DNA of 59,386 bases, counting the filler. It is 5 parts of 5 records of this genome, joined end to end, with 100 filler letters (N's around TTAATTAATTAA, not from the genome) between each part and the next. Parts side by side here need not be neighbours in the genome. Positions count along the whole stretch, not along the records: positions 1 to 20,370 come from SRR2962707_1805; 4 more parts are not named here. One strand, 5' to 3'. Positions 9,371 through 18,882 of this stretch are shown here, in pieces. The position numbers and the translations under genes are program-made. The stretch's first letter is position 1; every line of letters starts with the position of its first letter. The notes under the pieces are model-generated. The model did not search any database and was not told where the DNA came from. It was given only the letters and a program-made list of their open reading frames with translations.

Positions 9371-10288
9371 ATGCCGCTGAGCATGAGCAAAGAGGTCTTT
9401 ATCACCTGCGCTGTCACCGGTTCGGGCACCACCCAAGACCGCAGCCCACATGTCCCCCGTTCGCCCCAGCAGATCGCAGAAAGCGCCATTGACGCCGCGA
9501 AAGCCGGCGCCGCGATTGTGCACTGCCACGTCCGCGATCCGGAAACTGGCGTGCCTTCGCGGCGGCTGGACCTTTACCGCGAAGTGACAGAGCGCATTCG
9601 CGACAGCGGCACCGACGTTGTGCTGAACCTCACTGCCGGCATGGGCGGCGACATCACCTTTGGCTCCGTTGACGCTCCGCTGCCCGTGAATGCCGACGGC
9701 ACAGATATGATCGGTGCGGCGGAACGTGTGGCTCACGTGGCGGAATGCCTGCCTGAACTTTGCACACTCGACTGCGGCACGATGAACTTTGCTGAAGCTG
9801 ACTATGTGATGACCAACACGCCTGGAATGCTGCGCGCCATGGGCCGGATGATGACCGACCTGGGCGTCAAGCCAGAGATCGAGGCATTTGATACCGGGCA
9901 TCTTTGGTTCGCCAAGCAGCTAGTGGAAGAGGGCGTTCTGGACAGCCCCGCGCTGGTACAGCTGTGCATGGGGGTGCCGTGGGGCGCGCCGGACGATCTG
10001 AACACCTTTATGGCGATGGTGAATAACGTGCCAAAGGACTGGACCTTTTCGGCCTTTGCCTTGGGTCGCCACCAGATGGCCTATACTGCGGCCACCGTGC
10101 TCGCGGGGGGGCATGTGCGCGTCGGGCTGGAAGACAATCTTTGGCTTGGTAAAGGTGAGCTTGCCACCAATGCGCAGCTGGTAGAACGGGCGGCCGGTAT
10201 TGTCGAAGGTATGGGCGCCCGCCTGATGACACCTCAGCAGGTTCGCGCCAAGCTGGGCCTGACAAAGCGCGCGCCGGTGGCGCGTTGA
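9371..10288 (+). CDS. Beta-keto acid cleavage enzyme (Kce/DUF849; likely 3-dehydrocarnitine cleavage, CdhC-like)
   Basis: ITCAVTG, GAAIVHCHVRDP, EAFDTGHL, RVGLEDN motifs; ATG 9371 after GAGGAG. Confidence 0.9.
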   Translation: MPLSMSKEVFITCAVTGSGTTQDRSPHVPRSPQQIAESAIDAAKAGAAIVHCHVRDPETGVPSRRLDLYREVTERIRDSGTDVVLNLTAGMGGDITFGSVDAPLPVNADGTDMIGAAERVAHVAECLPELCTLDCGTMNFAEADYVMTNTPGMLRAMGRMMTDLGVKPEIEAFDTGHLWFAKQLVEEGVLDSPALVQLCMGVPWGAPDDLNTFMAMVNNVPKDWTFSAFALGRHQMAYTAATVLAGGHVRVGLEDNLWLGKGELATNAQLVERAAGIVEGMGARLMTPQQVRAKLGLTKRAPVAR

Positions 10289-10743
10289 GGGCCATGGCGT
10301 TTGCCTTTGTCCTTGCCGGGTGCAGCACCGGACCTGCACAGACGACATCTGTTCCGCTGCGCAATCCGGGCGCGCAAGTGGCCTCTCAGCTAGATGCGTC
10401 ATTGGAGCGGCTCTCCGGTGATTGGGTGGTGGTGCAGGGCGTCGGTATGCCTGTCGGCACACGCATCCGCATTTCCGCGGATCAGATGATTATCGACACG
10501 CCCTCGGGTGACACATCTACTGCCTTCACAGCCCTCGGAGACGGGCGTTATCAGACTGGCGATGGGCTGCTGTGGGTTCACTGGCTGGATGTCGGAAATC
10601 GAACAGTTGCGATTGGCGACCCCGGTGGAAGCCGGGTCTGGATCATGGATCGCGCGGCGGTCAGCAGCCCTGACAGGATCGGCGCGGCGCGCGAAATCCT
10701 CGATTGGTACGGGTATGACATAACTCGTCTGAGTGCCGCTTGA
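10285..10743 (+). CDS. Lipocalin-like lipoprotein
   Basis: Lipobox LAGC, G.W strand, LWVHWLD..NRT..IG.P, WIMDR, AREILDWYGYD; overlaps its neighbours by 4 nt. Confidence 0.7.
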   Translation: MRAMAFAFVLAGCSTGPAQTTSVPLRNPGAQVASQLDASLERLSGDWVVVQGVGMPVGTRIRISADQMIIDTPSGDTSTAFTALGDGRYQTGDGLLWVHWLDVGNRTVAIGDPGGSRVWIMDRAAVSSPDRIGAAREILDWYGYDITRLSAA

Positions 10744-11501
10744 GGCGCGCCCTTATCACCGGTGGCGGAGCTGGCCTGGGTCTTGCCATGGCCGAGGCGT
10801 TTGTAGGGGCAGGAGACAAGATCGCCCTTTGTGACGCAGACGCAGAGGCCGTGGCGACAGCGGCCAAATCGATGCCTGACCAGATTGTAGCCCAAGTGGA
10901 TGTCACAGACGAAGACGGCATGACCGCCTTTCTGAACCGGGTCGAGGCTGAATGGGGCGGCGTCGATGTGGTCTGCGCCAACGCGGGAACGGGCGGGCCG
11001 GCCGGTCGAATAGAAGACTTGGACTATGCCGCCTGGAAAACCTGCCTGGACGTGAACCTGTCTGGAACATTCCTGACGTGTCGCTGGGCCGCCCGGGTCA
11101 TGCGGGCGCAGGGGGCTGGCCTCATTGTCATCACATCCTCGACCGCAGGCCTCTTTGGCTATCCTTTGCGGTCACCCTATGCCACGGCGAAATGGGGACT
11201 TGTCGGCCTGACCAAGACCCTCGCGATGGAGCTTGGCCCGGTCGGTGTGCGCGTCAATGCCATTTGCCCGGGAGCTGTCACAGGCGACCGAATGGACCGT
11301 GTAGTGGCGATGGAATCTGCCGCCTCCGGCCATAGTCATGACGATGTCCGCACGCAGTACGTCAAAGGCGTTTCCCTGCGCAGCTGGGTTTCGCCCACGG
11401 ATGTGGCAGACACGGTGTTGTACCTCGCCTCGCCGCAGGCGCGGATGATTTCAGGCCAGATCCTGGCCATCGACGGACATACGGAGACCCTAGTGCCATG
11501 A
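10740..11501 (+). CDS. SDR family oxidoreductase
   Basis: TGGGAGLG, ANAG, catalytic S...YATAK, VRVNAICPG, IDG. Confidence 0.92.
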   Translation: MRRALITGGGAGLGLAMAEAFVGAGDKIALCDADAEAVATAAKSMPDQIVAQVDVTDEDGMTAFLNRVEAEWGGVDVVCANAGTGGPAGRIEDLDYAAWKTCLDVNLSGTFLTCRWAARVMRAQGAGLIVITSSTAGLFGYPLRSPYATAKWGLVGLTKTLAMELGPVGVRVNAICPGAVTGDRMDRVVAMESAASGHSHDDVRTQYVKGVSLRSWVSPTDVADTVLYLASPQARMISGQILAIDGHTETLVP

Positions 11502-12907
11502 AAACTGCAGCAATCATTGGAGGCGGCGTTATCGGCGGCGGCTGGGCCGCGCGATTTGCGTTCATGGGCTGGGACGTGCGGATCTTTGACCCCGATCCCG
11601 AGGCAGGGCGCAAAATCGGCGAAATTCTTGCCAATGCCCGCCGCACCCTGCCGATGCTTTACGATACAAAGATGCCGACCACTGGCACGATAACCTATCA
11701 CGCGACAATCGCAGAGGCGGTGGCGGGCGCACAGTGGATACAAGAATCCGTGCCGGAACGGTTGTCCATCAAGAATGCGGCGTTTGCAGAAATTGCGCAA
11801 AACGCAGATTCAGACGCGCTGATTGGGTCCTCTACATCGGGTTATAAGCCTTCGGAACTGCAGGAAAATCAAGGTTCCATTGCGCCTAGGATATTGGTCG
11901 CGCACCCGTTCAACCCTGTCTATCTTTTGCCACTGGTCGAACTGGTCCCAAGCGCAAAAAACACACCGGAAACTATTGAAAAGGCAAAGGCGATCCTGAC
12001 GTCTATCGGGATGTATCCGCTGCACGTGCGTGCCGAAATCGACGCCCATATCGCCGACCGTTTCCTCGAGTCGGTCTGGCGCGAGGCGTTGTGGATGGTC
12101 AAGGATGGCATCGCAACGACCGAAGAAATCGATAATTCAATACGGTACGGCTTTGGCCTTAGGTGGGCGCAGATGGGTCTTTTCGAAACTTATCGCGTTG
12201 CGGGCGGTGAGGCCGGCATGAAACACTTTATGGCCCAGTTCGGTCCTTGTCTGGAATGGCCCTGGAGCCGCCTGACGGATGTGCCGGAATTCACCGACGA
12301 CTTGGTCGATTTGATTGCAGACCAATCCGATGCCCAGTCCGGGCACAAGTCGATCCGCGAGCTGGAAATCCTGCGGGACGACAACCTTGTGGCCATGATG
12401 CGGGCATTGAAACAGCAGCGGGCTGCAGCAGGTCAGCTTCTGATTGATCATGAAAATATCCTGCGCGCACCTTTGGCAGAAACGGTCCCGCTGATCACCC
12501 AGTCCCGGACGGTTCCAGTAGATTGGACCGACGTGAACGGGCACATGAATGAAGGCCGCTATGGGCAGGTCTTCTCGGATGCGTCCGAAGAACTGATGAC
12601 CCATATCGGGGCAGACCACGCCTATATCGCTGCCGGAAATAGTTATTTCACCGCCGAGACAACGATCAAATACTTGAACGAAACCCACGCCGGTGAAGGC
12701 TTTCACGTGGCAACGCGCGTGTTGCTGGGCGAAGGTAAAAAACTGAAGCTTTACCACGAGATGCGGCGAAGCGTTGATCAGGAGTTGCTGGCAACCTGCG
12801 ATCAGTTTCTGCTGCATGTGAGCCTTGAGACACGCAAATCCTGCCCGCCGCTGCCCGAGGTCGAGGCACGCCTGACTGCTTTGGCTGCCGCACATGAAGA
12901 GGTTTGA
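11498..12907 (+). CDS. L-carnitine 3-dehydrogenase fused to C-terminal thioesterase (betainyl-CoA thioesterase-like)
   Basis: GGGVIGGGW, QESVPER, SSTSG, AHPFNPVYLLPLVE, GFGLRWAQMG; C-terminal hotdog motif WTDVNGHMNE..Y. Confidence 0.9.
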   Translation: MKTAAIIGGGVIGGGWAARFAFMGWDVRIFDPDPEAGRKIGEILANARRTLPMLYDTKMPTTGTITYHATIAEAVAGAQWIQESVPERLSIKNAAFAEIAQNADSDALIGSSTSGYKPSELQENQGSIAPRILVAHPFNPVYLLPLVELVPSAKNTPETIEKAKAILTSIGMYPLHVRAEIDAHIADRFLESVWREALWMVKDGIATTEEIDNSIRYGFGLRWAQMGLFETYRVAGGEAGMKHFMAQFGPCLEWPWSRLTDVPEFTDDLVDLIADQSDAQSGHKSIRELEILRDDNLVAMMRALKQQRAAAGQLLIDHENILRAPLAETVPLITQSRTVPVDWTDVNGHMNEGRYGQVFSDASEELMTHIGADHAYIAAGNSYFTAETTIKYLNETHAGEGFHVATRVLLGEGKKLKLYHEMRRSVDQELLATCDQFLLHVSLETRKSCPPLPEVEARLTALAAAHEEV

Positions 12908-12911
12908 GAAA

Positions 12912-14072
12912 ATGAACTTTGGCCTGAGCGATGAGCAGGAAATGATCGTTTCGACCGTGCGCGACTTTGTCGAGCGTGAGATTTATCCGCACGAGGAATT
13001 GGTCGAGCGTACCGGTGAGGTGCCCGCCGAGATTGCCGCCGAGATCAAAAGCAAGGTTCTTGACCTCGGGTTCTACGCGGCAAATTTTCCCGAAGAGGTT
13101 GGCGGCGCGGGTCTGACCCATGTGGACTTTGCCCTGGTCGAGCGTGAGCTTGGTAGGGGTTCGATGGCCTTGACCCATTTCTTTGGCCGACCGCAGAATA
13201 TCCTGATGGCCTGCAACGAAGAGCAGCGCGACCGCTACTTGCTGCCTGCTGTGCGGGGCGAACGCATGGATGCGCTGGCTATGACCGAACCTGACGCGGG
13301 GTCGGATGTCAGGGGTATGAAATGCAGCGCACGCCGCGAGGGCGGCGATTGGGTGTTGAACGGATCAAAGCATTTCATATCTGGCGCGGAACACGCAGAT
13401 TTCTTTATCGTATTTGTGGCGACGGGTGTGGATGAAACGGCCCACGGCCCCAAAAAACGCATCACCTGTTTTCTCGTGGACCGGGACCATCGCGGCTTTG
13501 TCGTTCGCGACGGATACCAGAGCGTGAGCCATCGGGGTTACAAGAACTGCATTCTGGAATTCACCGATTGTCGGCTACCCGATGGTCAGGTTTTGGGCGC
13601 GGTGGATGGTGGTTTTGCGGTGATGAATGAATGGCTATATGCCACGCGCATCACTGTGGCGACCATGGCGGTGGGGCGTGCACGACGGGTGTTTGACCAT
13701 GCGCTGGCCTATGCAGCACAGCGAAAGCAATTCGGCCAACCAATTGGCAAGTTTCAGGGAGTGAGCTTTCAACTCGCCGATATGGTAACAGAAATTGACG
13801 CCGCCGATTGGCTGACCCTGGCATCGGCCTGGCGATTGGATCAGGGGCTGCCTGCCAACCGCGAGATCGCCTCGGCCAAGCTTTACGCCAGTGAAATGCT
13901 AGCCCGGGTGACAGATGCTACGCTGCAAATTCATGGTGGGATGGGTCTGATGGCGGACCTGCCGATTGAACGGTTCTGGCGTGATGCACGGGTGGAACGG
14001 ATCTGGGACGGCACCAGCGAAATCCAGCGCCACATCATAAGCCGGGATCTGCTGCGCCCTCTGGGGGCTTGA
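12912..14072 (+). CDS. Acyl-CoA dehydrogenase (likely gamma-butyrobetainyl-CoA dehydrogenase)
   Basis: AMTEPDAGSD, LNGSKHFIS, RKQFGQPI, QIHGGMG, ERIWDGTSEIQR; operon context. Confidence 0.9.
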   Translation: MNFGLSDEQEMIVSTVRDFVEREIYPHEELVERTGEVPAEIAAEIKSKVLDLGFYAANFPEEVGGAGLTHVDFALVERELGRGSMALTHFFGRPQNILMACNEEQRDRYLLPAVRGERMDALAMTEPDAGSDVRGMKCSARREGGDWVLNGSKHFISGAEHADFFIVFVATGVDETAHGPKKRITCFLVDRDHRGFVVRDGYQSVSHRGYKNCILEFTDCRLPDGQVLGAVDGGFAVMNEWLYATRITVATMAVGRARRVFDHALAYAAQRKQFGQPIGKFQGVSFQLADMVTEIDAADWLTLASAWRLDQGLPANREIASAKLYASEMLARVTDATLQIHGGMGLMADLPIERFWRDARVERIWDGTSEIQRHIISRDLLRPLGA

Positions 14073-14154
14073 CCTTGCGCTCTGGTCACCTCCGGGGCGC
14101 CGGTGTTTTGATCTTTAGACACCACAGGGCCTCTGGCGCGGGGAAGAAATTGCA

Positions 14155-16179
14155 ATGACTCATGACCTCAGCCGACTTTTGAAACCGCTTTCTGTGGCCG
14201 TCGTCGGCGGCGGAGACTGGTGCGCGGCGGTGATCGAAGGGCTGGCACGGATAGGTTATACTGGCAAGGTCTGGTCGGTGCATCCCTCTGCCGAAAGTGT
14301 CGCAGGCATTCGCTGCTATCCTCGGGTCGGTGATTTGCCAAGTGTGCCTGATGCCTGTTTTATTGGGGTGAACCGTACCGCAACGGTATCGGTCGTGCGG
14401 GCGCTGGCCGACATGGGTGCCGGGGGGGCGGTATGCTTTGCCTCCGGGTTTTCGGAAATGGCGGATGGCGCCGATCTGAACGCGCAACTGTTGGCCGCCG
14501 CAGGCGATATGCCGATCATCGGGCCGAATTGCTATGGGTTTATCAACGCGCTGGACCGTGCCGCGCTTTGGCCAGACATTCACGGCCTGTCCAATGTGAC
14601 GCGTGGTGTGGCGATCCTGACACAAAGTTCCAATATAGCGCTGAACCTGACAATGCAGAAGCGCGGACTGCCGATCGCGTATATGGCGACTGCGGGCAAT
14701 CAGGCGCAAACCGGCCTAGCGCAAATCGGGCATGCGCTTCTCGCAGATGAACGCGTCACGGCGCTTGGGCTGCATGTCGAGGGGTTCGGGGATATCGAGG
14801 CGTTTCAAGCACTGGCGCGACAGGCGCATTCGTTGGGTAAACCCATTGTGGTGCTCAAGACTGGCCTGTCCGAGGCGGCGCAGGTGGCGGCGGTGTCGCA
14901 TACCGCCTCTCTCGCGGGTAGCGATGCGGGCGCCAGTGCCCTGATCGCGCGGCTGGGGATGGCGCGGGTCGGTTCGCTAGAGGCATTGATCGAGACGCTG
15001 AAACTGCTGCACTTCGCCGGACCGCTATCGGCCAATCGGATCGCTTGCATGTCCTGTTCAGGAGGAGAGGCAAGTCTGGTCGCGGATGGTGCAGCGGCGC
15101 GGGAATTGGAGTTTGCGCCGCTTAGCGATCCGCAGGCAGAGCGTTTGACCGCCATACTGGGACCCCGGGTGCATGTGTCCAATCCGCTGGATTACAACAC
15201 CTTTATCTGGGGTGATGTACCGGTGATGACACAGGTTTTTGCGGAAATGATGCTAGGTTCCGCCAGTCTGAGCCTTCTGGTGGTGGATTTCCCGCGGGAG
15301 GATCGCTGTCCGGCACCTACCTGGGAAAAGCTGATCGACGCCGCAGGACAGGCCTGCGCACAGGCGGGCAGGCCGCTGGCGATCGTGTCTTCCATTGCGG
15401 ACACGATTTCCGAGCCGCGTGCGCAGGACCTGATCGACAGGGGGCTGATCCCGCTCTGCGGCCTTGATGCCGCGCTCGAGGCTGTGCGCGCGGCGGTGAA
15501 GCTGGGCGCAGTCTGGACATCGCCCGCGCCACTATTCCTGCCAAAGGCACCGGCCGAGGTGCGGATGCTGGATGAAATCACGGCCAAGGGGGCATTGTCT
15601 GCCCATGGCTTGAATGTTCCGGCAAGTCACGCGGTGGGCGATCCCACCTCTGCGGGGCAGGTGGCGGCGGGGATGGGTCCTGTCGCGCTAAAGGCGCGTG
15701 GGATGGCACATAAGTCAGAGCAGGGCGGAGTGGTGCTGGGGCTGGTGGGCGCAGATACAGTGAGCAAAGCCGCGCGCGACATGGACGCCACAGAGTACCT
15801 GGTCGAAGAGATGATCGGCGATGGTGTCGAACTGCTGATCGGGGTGGTTGCGGACCCGGCGCATGGCTATGTTCTTACATTGGGGGCCGGCGGCATCCTT
15901 ACCGAACTGTGGCGCGATACGCAGTCATTGCTACTTCCCGTAGGCGAAAAAGATATCCGTGCTGCTTTTGCCGCGTTGCGTATCGCGCGCCGACTGGGCG
16001 GGTATCGCGGTGCACCGGCTGTAGACAGTGATGCCCTGGTCGCGGCGGTTTTGGCCGTGCAGGCATACGTCATGTCACAGGGCGGCGAAGTGGTCGAGGT
16101 TGAGGTTAACCCACTGATTGCCCTGCCAGATCGCGCTGTGGCCGTCGATGCGTTAATACGTACAGGAGAGAGAACATGA
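14155..16179 (+). CDS. Acetate--CoA ligase (ADP-forming) family protein (likely gamma-butyrobetaine-CoA ligase)
   Basis: CoA-binding domain, IGPNCYG, SHTASLAG phospho-His motif, NPLD, HKSE.GGV, EVNPL ATP-grasp. Confidence 0.88.
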   Translation: MTHDLSRLLKPLSVAVVGGGDWCAAVIEGLARIGYTGKVWSVHPSAESVAGIRCYPRVGDLPSVPDACFIGVNRTATVSVVRALADMGAGGAVCFASGFSEMADGADLNAQLLAAAGDMPIIGPNCYGFINALDRAALWPDIHGLSNVTRGVAILTQSSNIALNLTMQKRGLPIAYMATAGNQAQTGLAQIGHALLADERVTALGLHVEGFGDIEAFQALARQAHSLGKPIVVLKTGLSEAAQVAAVSHTASLAGSDAGASALIARLGMARVGSLEALIETLKLLHFAGPLSANRIACMSCSGGEASLVADGAAARELEFAPLSDPQAERLTAILGPRVHVSNPLDYNTFIWGDVPVMTQVFAEMMLGSASLSLLVVDFPREDRCPAPTWEKLIDAAGQACAQAGRPLAIVSSIADTISEPRAQDLIDRGLIPLCGLDAALEAVRAAVKLGAVWTSPAPLFLPKAPAEVRMLDEITAKGALSAHGLNVPASHAVGDPTSAGQVAAGMGPVALKARGMAHKSEQGGVVLGLVGADTVSKAARDMDATEYLVEEMIGDGVELLIGVVADPAHGYVLTLGAGGILTELWRDTQSLLLPVGEKDIRAAFAALRIARRLGGYRGAPAVDSDALVAAVLAVQAYVMSQGGEVVEVEVNPLIALPDRAVAVDALIRTGERT

Positions 16180-16961
16180 ACGACAGCCCGGTAAAGCAGA
16201 AACGCGTTGGTGCGGTGCTTGAAGTGACGCTGGACAGGCCAAAGGCGAACGCCATCGACCTGGCTACCAGCGTTATTATGGGCGAGGTGTTCCGCAACTT
16301 TCGCGACGATCCCGATCTGCGCGTGGCGATTGTCACGGGCGCGGGTGAAAAATTCTTTTGCCCCGGCTGGGATCTAAAGGCCGCAGCCGATGGCGACGCC
16401 GTGGACGGCAACTATGGTGTGGGCGGCTTTGGCGGCCTGCAGGAACTGCGCGGACTGGGCAAGCCGGTAATCGCTGCGGTAAACGGGATTTGCTGCGGCG
16501 GTGGTCTTGAACTGGCGCTCTCTGCGGATATCATCCTGGCCGCCGATCATGCCACCTTTGCATTGCCTGAAATCCGTTCGGGGACGGTCGCGGACGCGGC
16601 CAGCATCAAACTGCCCAAGCGCATTCCCTACCACATCGCGATGGAGATGTTGTTGACCGGGCGCTGGATAGACGCGCAAGAGGCCGCGCGCTGGGGCATG
16701 ATAAACCACATCCATCCGGGCGGGGATCTGATGGCTGAGGCGTGGAAAATGGCTGAAATCCTCGCCTCAGGTCCGCCGCTGGTCTATGCAGCGATCAAGG
16801 AGATCGTGCTCGAGGCTGAAGCCATGAAGTTTCAGGATGCGCTGAACCGCATCACAAAGCGGCAGTTCGAATCTGTTGATCAGCTTTATGCGTCAGAGGA
16901 CCAGATGGAAGGCGCCAGGGCCTTTGCCGAAAAGCGCGATCCGGTGTGGACGGGAAAATAG
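16176..16961 (+). CDS. caiD: Carnitinyl-CoA dehydratase / crotonobetainyl-CoA hydratase
   Basis: Crotonase motifs LDRPKANAID, FF..GWDLKAAA.G, GGGLELAL, ALPE, EGARAFAEKRDPVW. Confidence 0.9.
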   Translation: MNDSPVKQKRVGAVLEVTLDRPKANAIDLATSVIMGEVFRNFRDDPDLRVAIVTGAGEKFFCPGWDLKAAADGDAVDGNYGVGGFGGLQELRGLGKPVIAAVNGICCGGGLELALSADIILAADHATFALPEIRSGTVADAASIKLPKRIPYHIAMEMLLTGRWIDAQEAARWGMINHIHPGGDLMAEAWKMAEILASGPPLVYAAIKEIVLEAEAMKFQDALNRITKRQFESVDQLYASEDQMEGARAFAEKRDPVWTGK

Positions 16962-17275
16962 GTTTGTCGTCCCCATAGCGGGACGCACAATATCTCAGAC
17001 AGGGCGGCATTGTCACTTGCGTGCGGCGTACCTTAACTTCCCAGAAGTTAGGCGCTTTGCATCGTTCTGATGCAGTCTTAAATCAAAAACTGTACCCTAC
17101 AGCTGGCAGGCCCGAGTCTCCGGAGACAAGTTGACCGGAAAACGTCAGAAAAATCAGGGCATTTCAACGGGCATACGGCACAGCAGGGCGCATCAGCGTG
17201 TAGGTGGTACGGACCGCAAAAGCCAAGCTCGGTGTGAAAAAGAGCACCATAGCTAGTAAGAAAGATCTATGTGCC

Positions 17276-17728
17276 ATGACCGATAGTATGACCAAGGAAG
17301 ACGTCACCGCCCTGATCCTATCCGCCAAAAAACAGGCCGGGCTGACGTGGGAAGGTATTGCTGAGCAGATCGACATGTCCCCGGTCTGGACCCACTCTGC
17401 CTGCATGGGCATGAACGCCTTTCCGCCTGACAAGGCTGAACTGCTGGTCAACACACTGGGCCTGCCACAGGACGCTGCAGGCGTTCTGACAGAAAGCCCT
17501 ACAAAGATCTGGCAACAGGCGGTGCCCACCGATCCCTGCATCTATCGTTTCTACGAAATCGTTGGTGTGTACGGGCCGACGCTCAAGGCACTGATCCATG
17601 AAAAATTCGGCGACGGCATCATGTCCGCAATCGATTTTAGCATGCAGGTCACGCGGGTGGCGCACCCCAAGGGGGACCGGGTAAAGGTCGAGATGTCCTG
17701 AAAGTATCTCGGCTACAATAGCTGGTAG
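17276..17728 (+). pseudogene. cynS: Cyanase (cyanate hydratase) with in-frame TGA at 17699-17701 just before the C-terminal KYL motif
   Basis: PTDPCIYRFYEIV.VYG..LK.LIHEKFGDGIMSAIDF core; frame reads DRVKVEMS-TGA-KYLGYNSW-TAG, where family members have G. Confidence 0.85.
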
Positions 17729-17874
17729 AGGTCAAAAGGGCAGGCGGTCGGTAACTCTATTGGCTCTTGTTCATCTTGCCCTGCATCCCATAGCTGGCGA
17801 TAAACGCTGTCGGGTGTCCGGATGTGACGTTGGTAGGGACGCTGTTTACGCATGGGCATTGTCGGCAGGCATGC

Positions 17875-18804
17875 CTAACCCAGTAAGGACAGCCATCCCC
17901 AAACCGTTACAACAGACAAAGCCGTGGCAAAAAGGACCGAAGACGCCGCCACCCGTTTTGCCCGCCCGTACATGTTTGCAAAGACATAGGCATTGATACC
18001 TGGTGCCATGGCAGCGGTCAGCACCGCTGAGCGAAAACCATCGCGTGGCAAGCCAAGGCTCTTGCCCATCATCCAAGTGATTGAGGGATGCATGATAAGA
18101 GTGACCGCACAGACAAAGGCGATGACGCGCAAATCACCTTCTGGACGATAACGATATAGCACGCCGCCCATGCCGAATAGCGCGACCGGTAGGGCCGTGC
18201 GGATCATCATGTCGAGAGCGGATGTCATTGGCGCGGGCAACGACAGGTTCGCAAGGTTGAACAGGAACCCAAGCGTGATGCCGATCACCAGCGCATTGCG
18301 GAACATCGCCCTAAGGACTTTGAGCGGCAGTTGGCCCGGGCTTGCGCCGCGTGCGCGCGCGATCTCCATCGCGGTGATGCCGATGCCGTAGCAGAAGGGT
18401 GAGTGCATGGCTATGATGGTGAAATTTGCCGACAGCTTGTCCGCGCCATAGGCGCGCTCGGTTATCGGGATACCCAGCATCAGCGAATTGGCAAACAAAC
18501 AGCAAAAGCCGATGGCAACCGAATCCTCCCAGTCGCGTTTGAAACCAAAATGCGCCACCAACAGACCAAGGGCAAAGCCTGAGGCCGACCCGGTGTAAAA
18601 GCTTAGCAGAAGTCGCGGATCAAAATCCTGGCTAAGGTCCAGCGTCCAGATTGCCCGAAACAACAGGCATGGGATGGCGAAGTTCTGGGTAAAGGTCATT
18701 AGCCCGTCGACGGCTGTATCTGGCATGAGCTTGCGCCAGCTGGCCAAATAGCCAAAGCCGATGATCAGAAAGACCGGTAGGATGACATCAAGAAGCGCTT
18801 GCAT
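17875..18804 (-). CDS. AEC (auxin efflux carrier-like) family transporter
   Basis: Multi-TM ORF; ILPVFLIIGFGY, FAIPCLLF, N...LGIP, P.ALFGMG, MAPGIN.YVFA. Confidence 0.88.
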   Translation of the reverse strand: MQALLDVILPVFLIIGFGYLASWRKLMPDTAVDGLMTFTQNFAIPCLLFRAIWTLDLSQDFDPRLLLSFYTGSASGFALGLLVAHFGFKRDWEDSVAIGFCCLFANSLMLGIPITERAYGADKLSANFTIIAMHSPFCYGIGITAMEIARARGASPGQLPLKVLRAMFRNALVIGITLGFLFNLANLSLPAPMTSALDMMIRTALPVALFGMGGVLYRYRPEGDLRVIAFVCAVTLIMHPSITWMMGKSLGLPRDGFRSAVLTAAMAPGINAYVFANMYGRAKRVAASSVLFATALSVVTVWGWLSLLG

Positions 18805-18882
18805 AGTGATGGGGTCCGAAACTGTCAGGCGTCGTTTTGATCGGCGGCCGAAGATGGAGTTCTGGTGAAGAAAAGAAGCTTC

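Noticed and set aside
9290-9901. N-terminal extension making the AraC regulator 517 aa
   Set aside because: Antisense to the kce gene; the recognisable protein starts near 9289
17699-17701. Selenocysteine or alternative-code reading of the cynS TGA
   Set aside because: The aligned residue is Gly, not Cys; no SECIS-like hairpin is evident downstream; TGA is a normal stop in many genes on this contig
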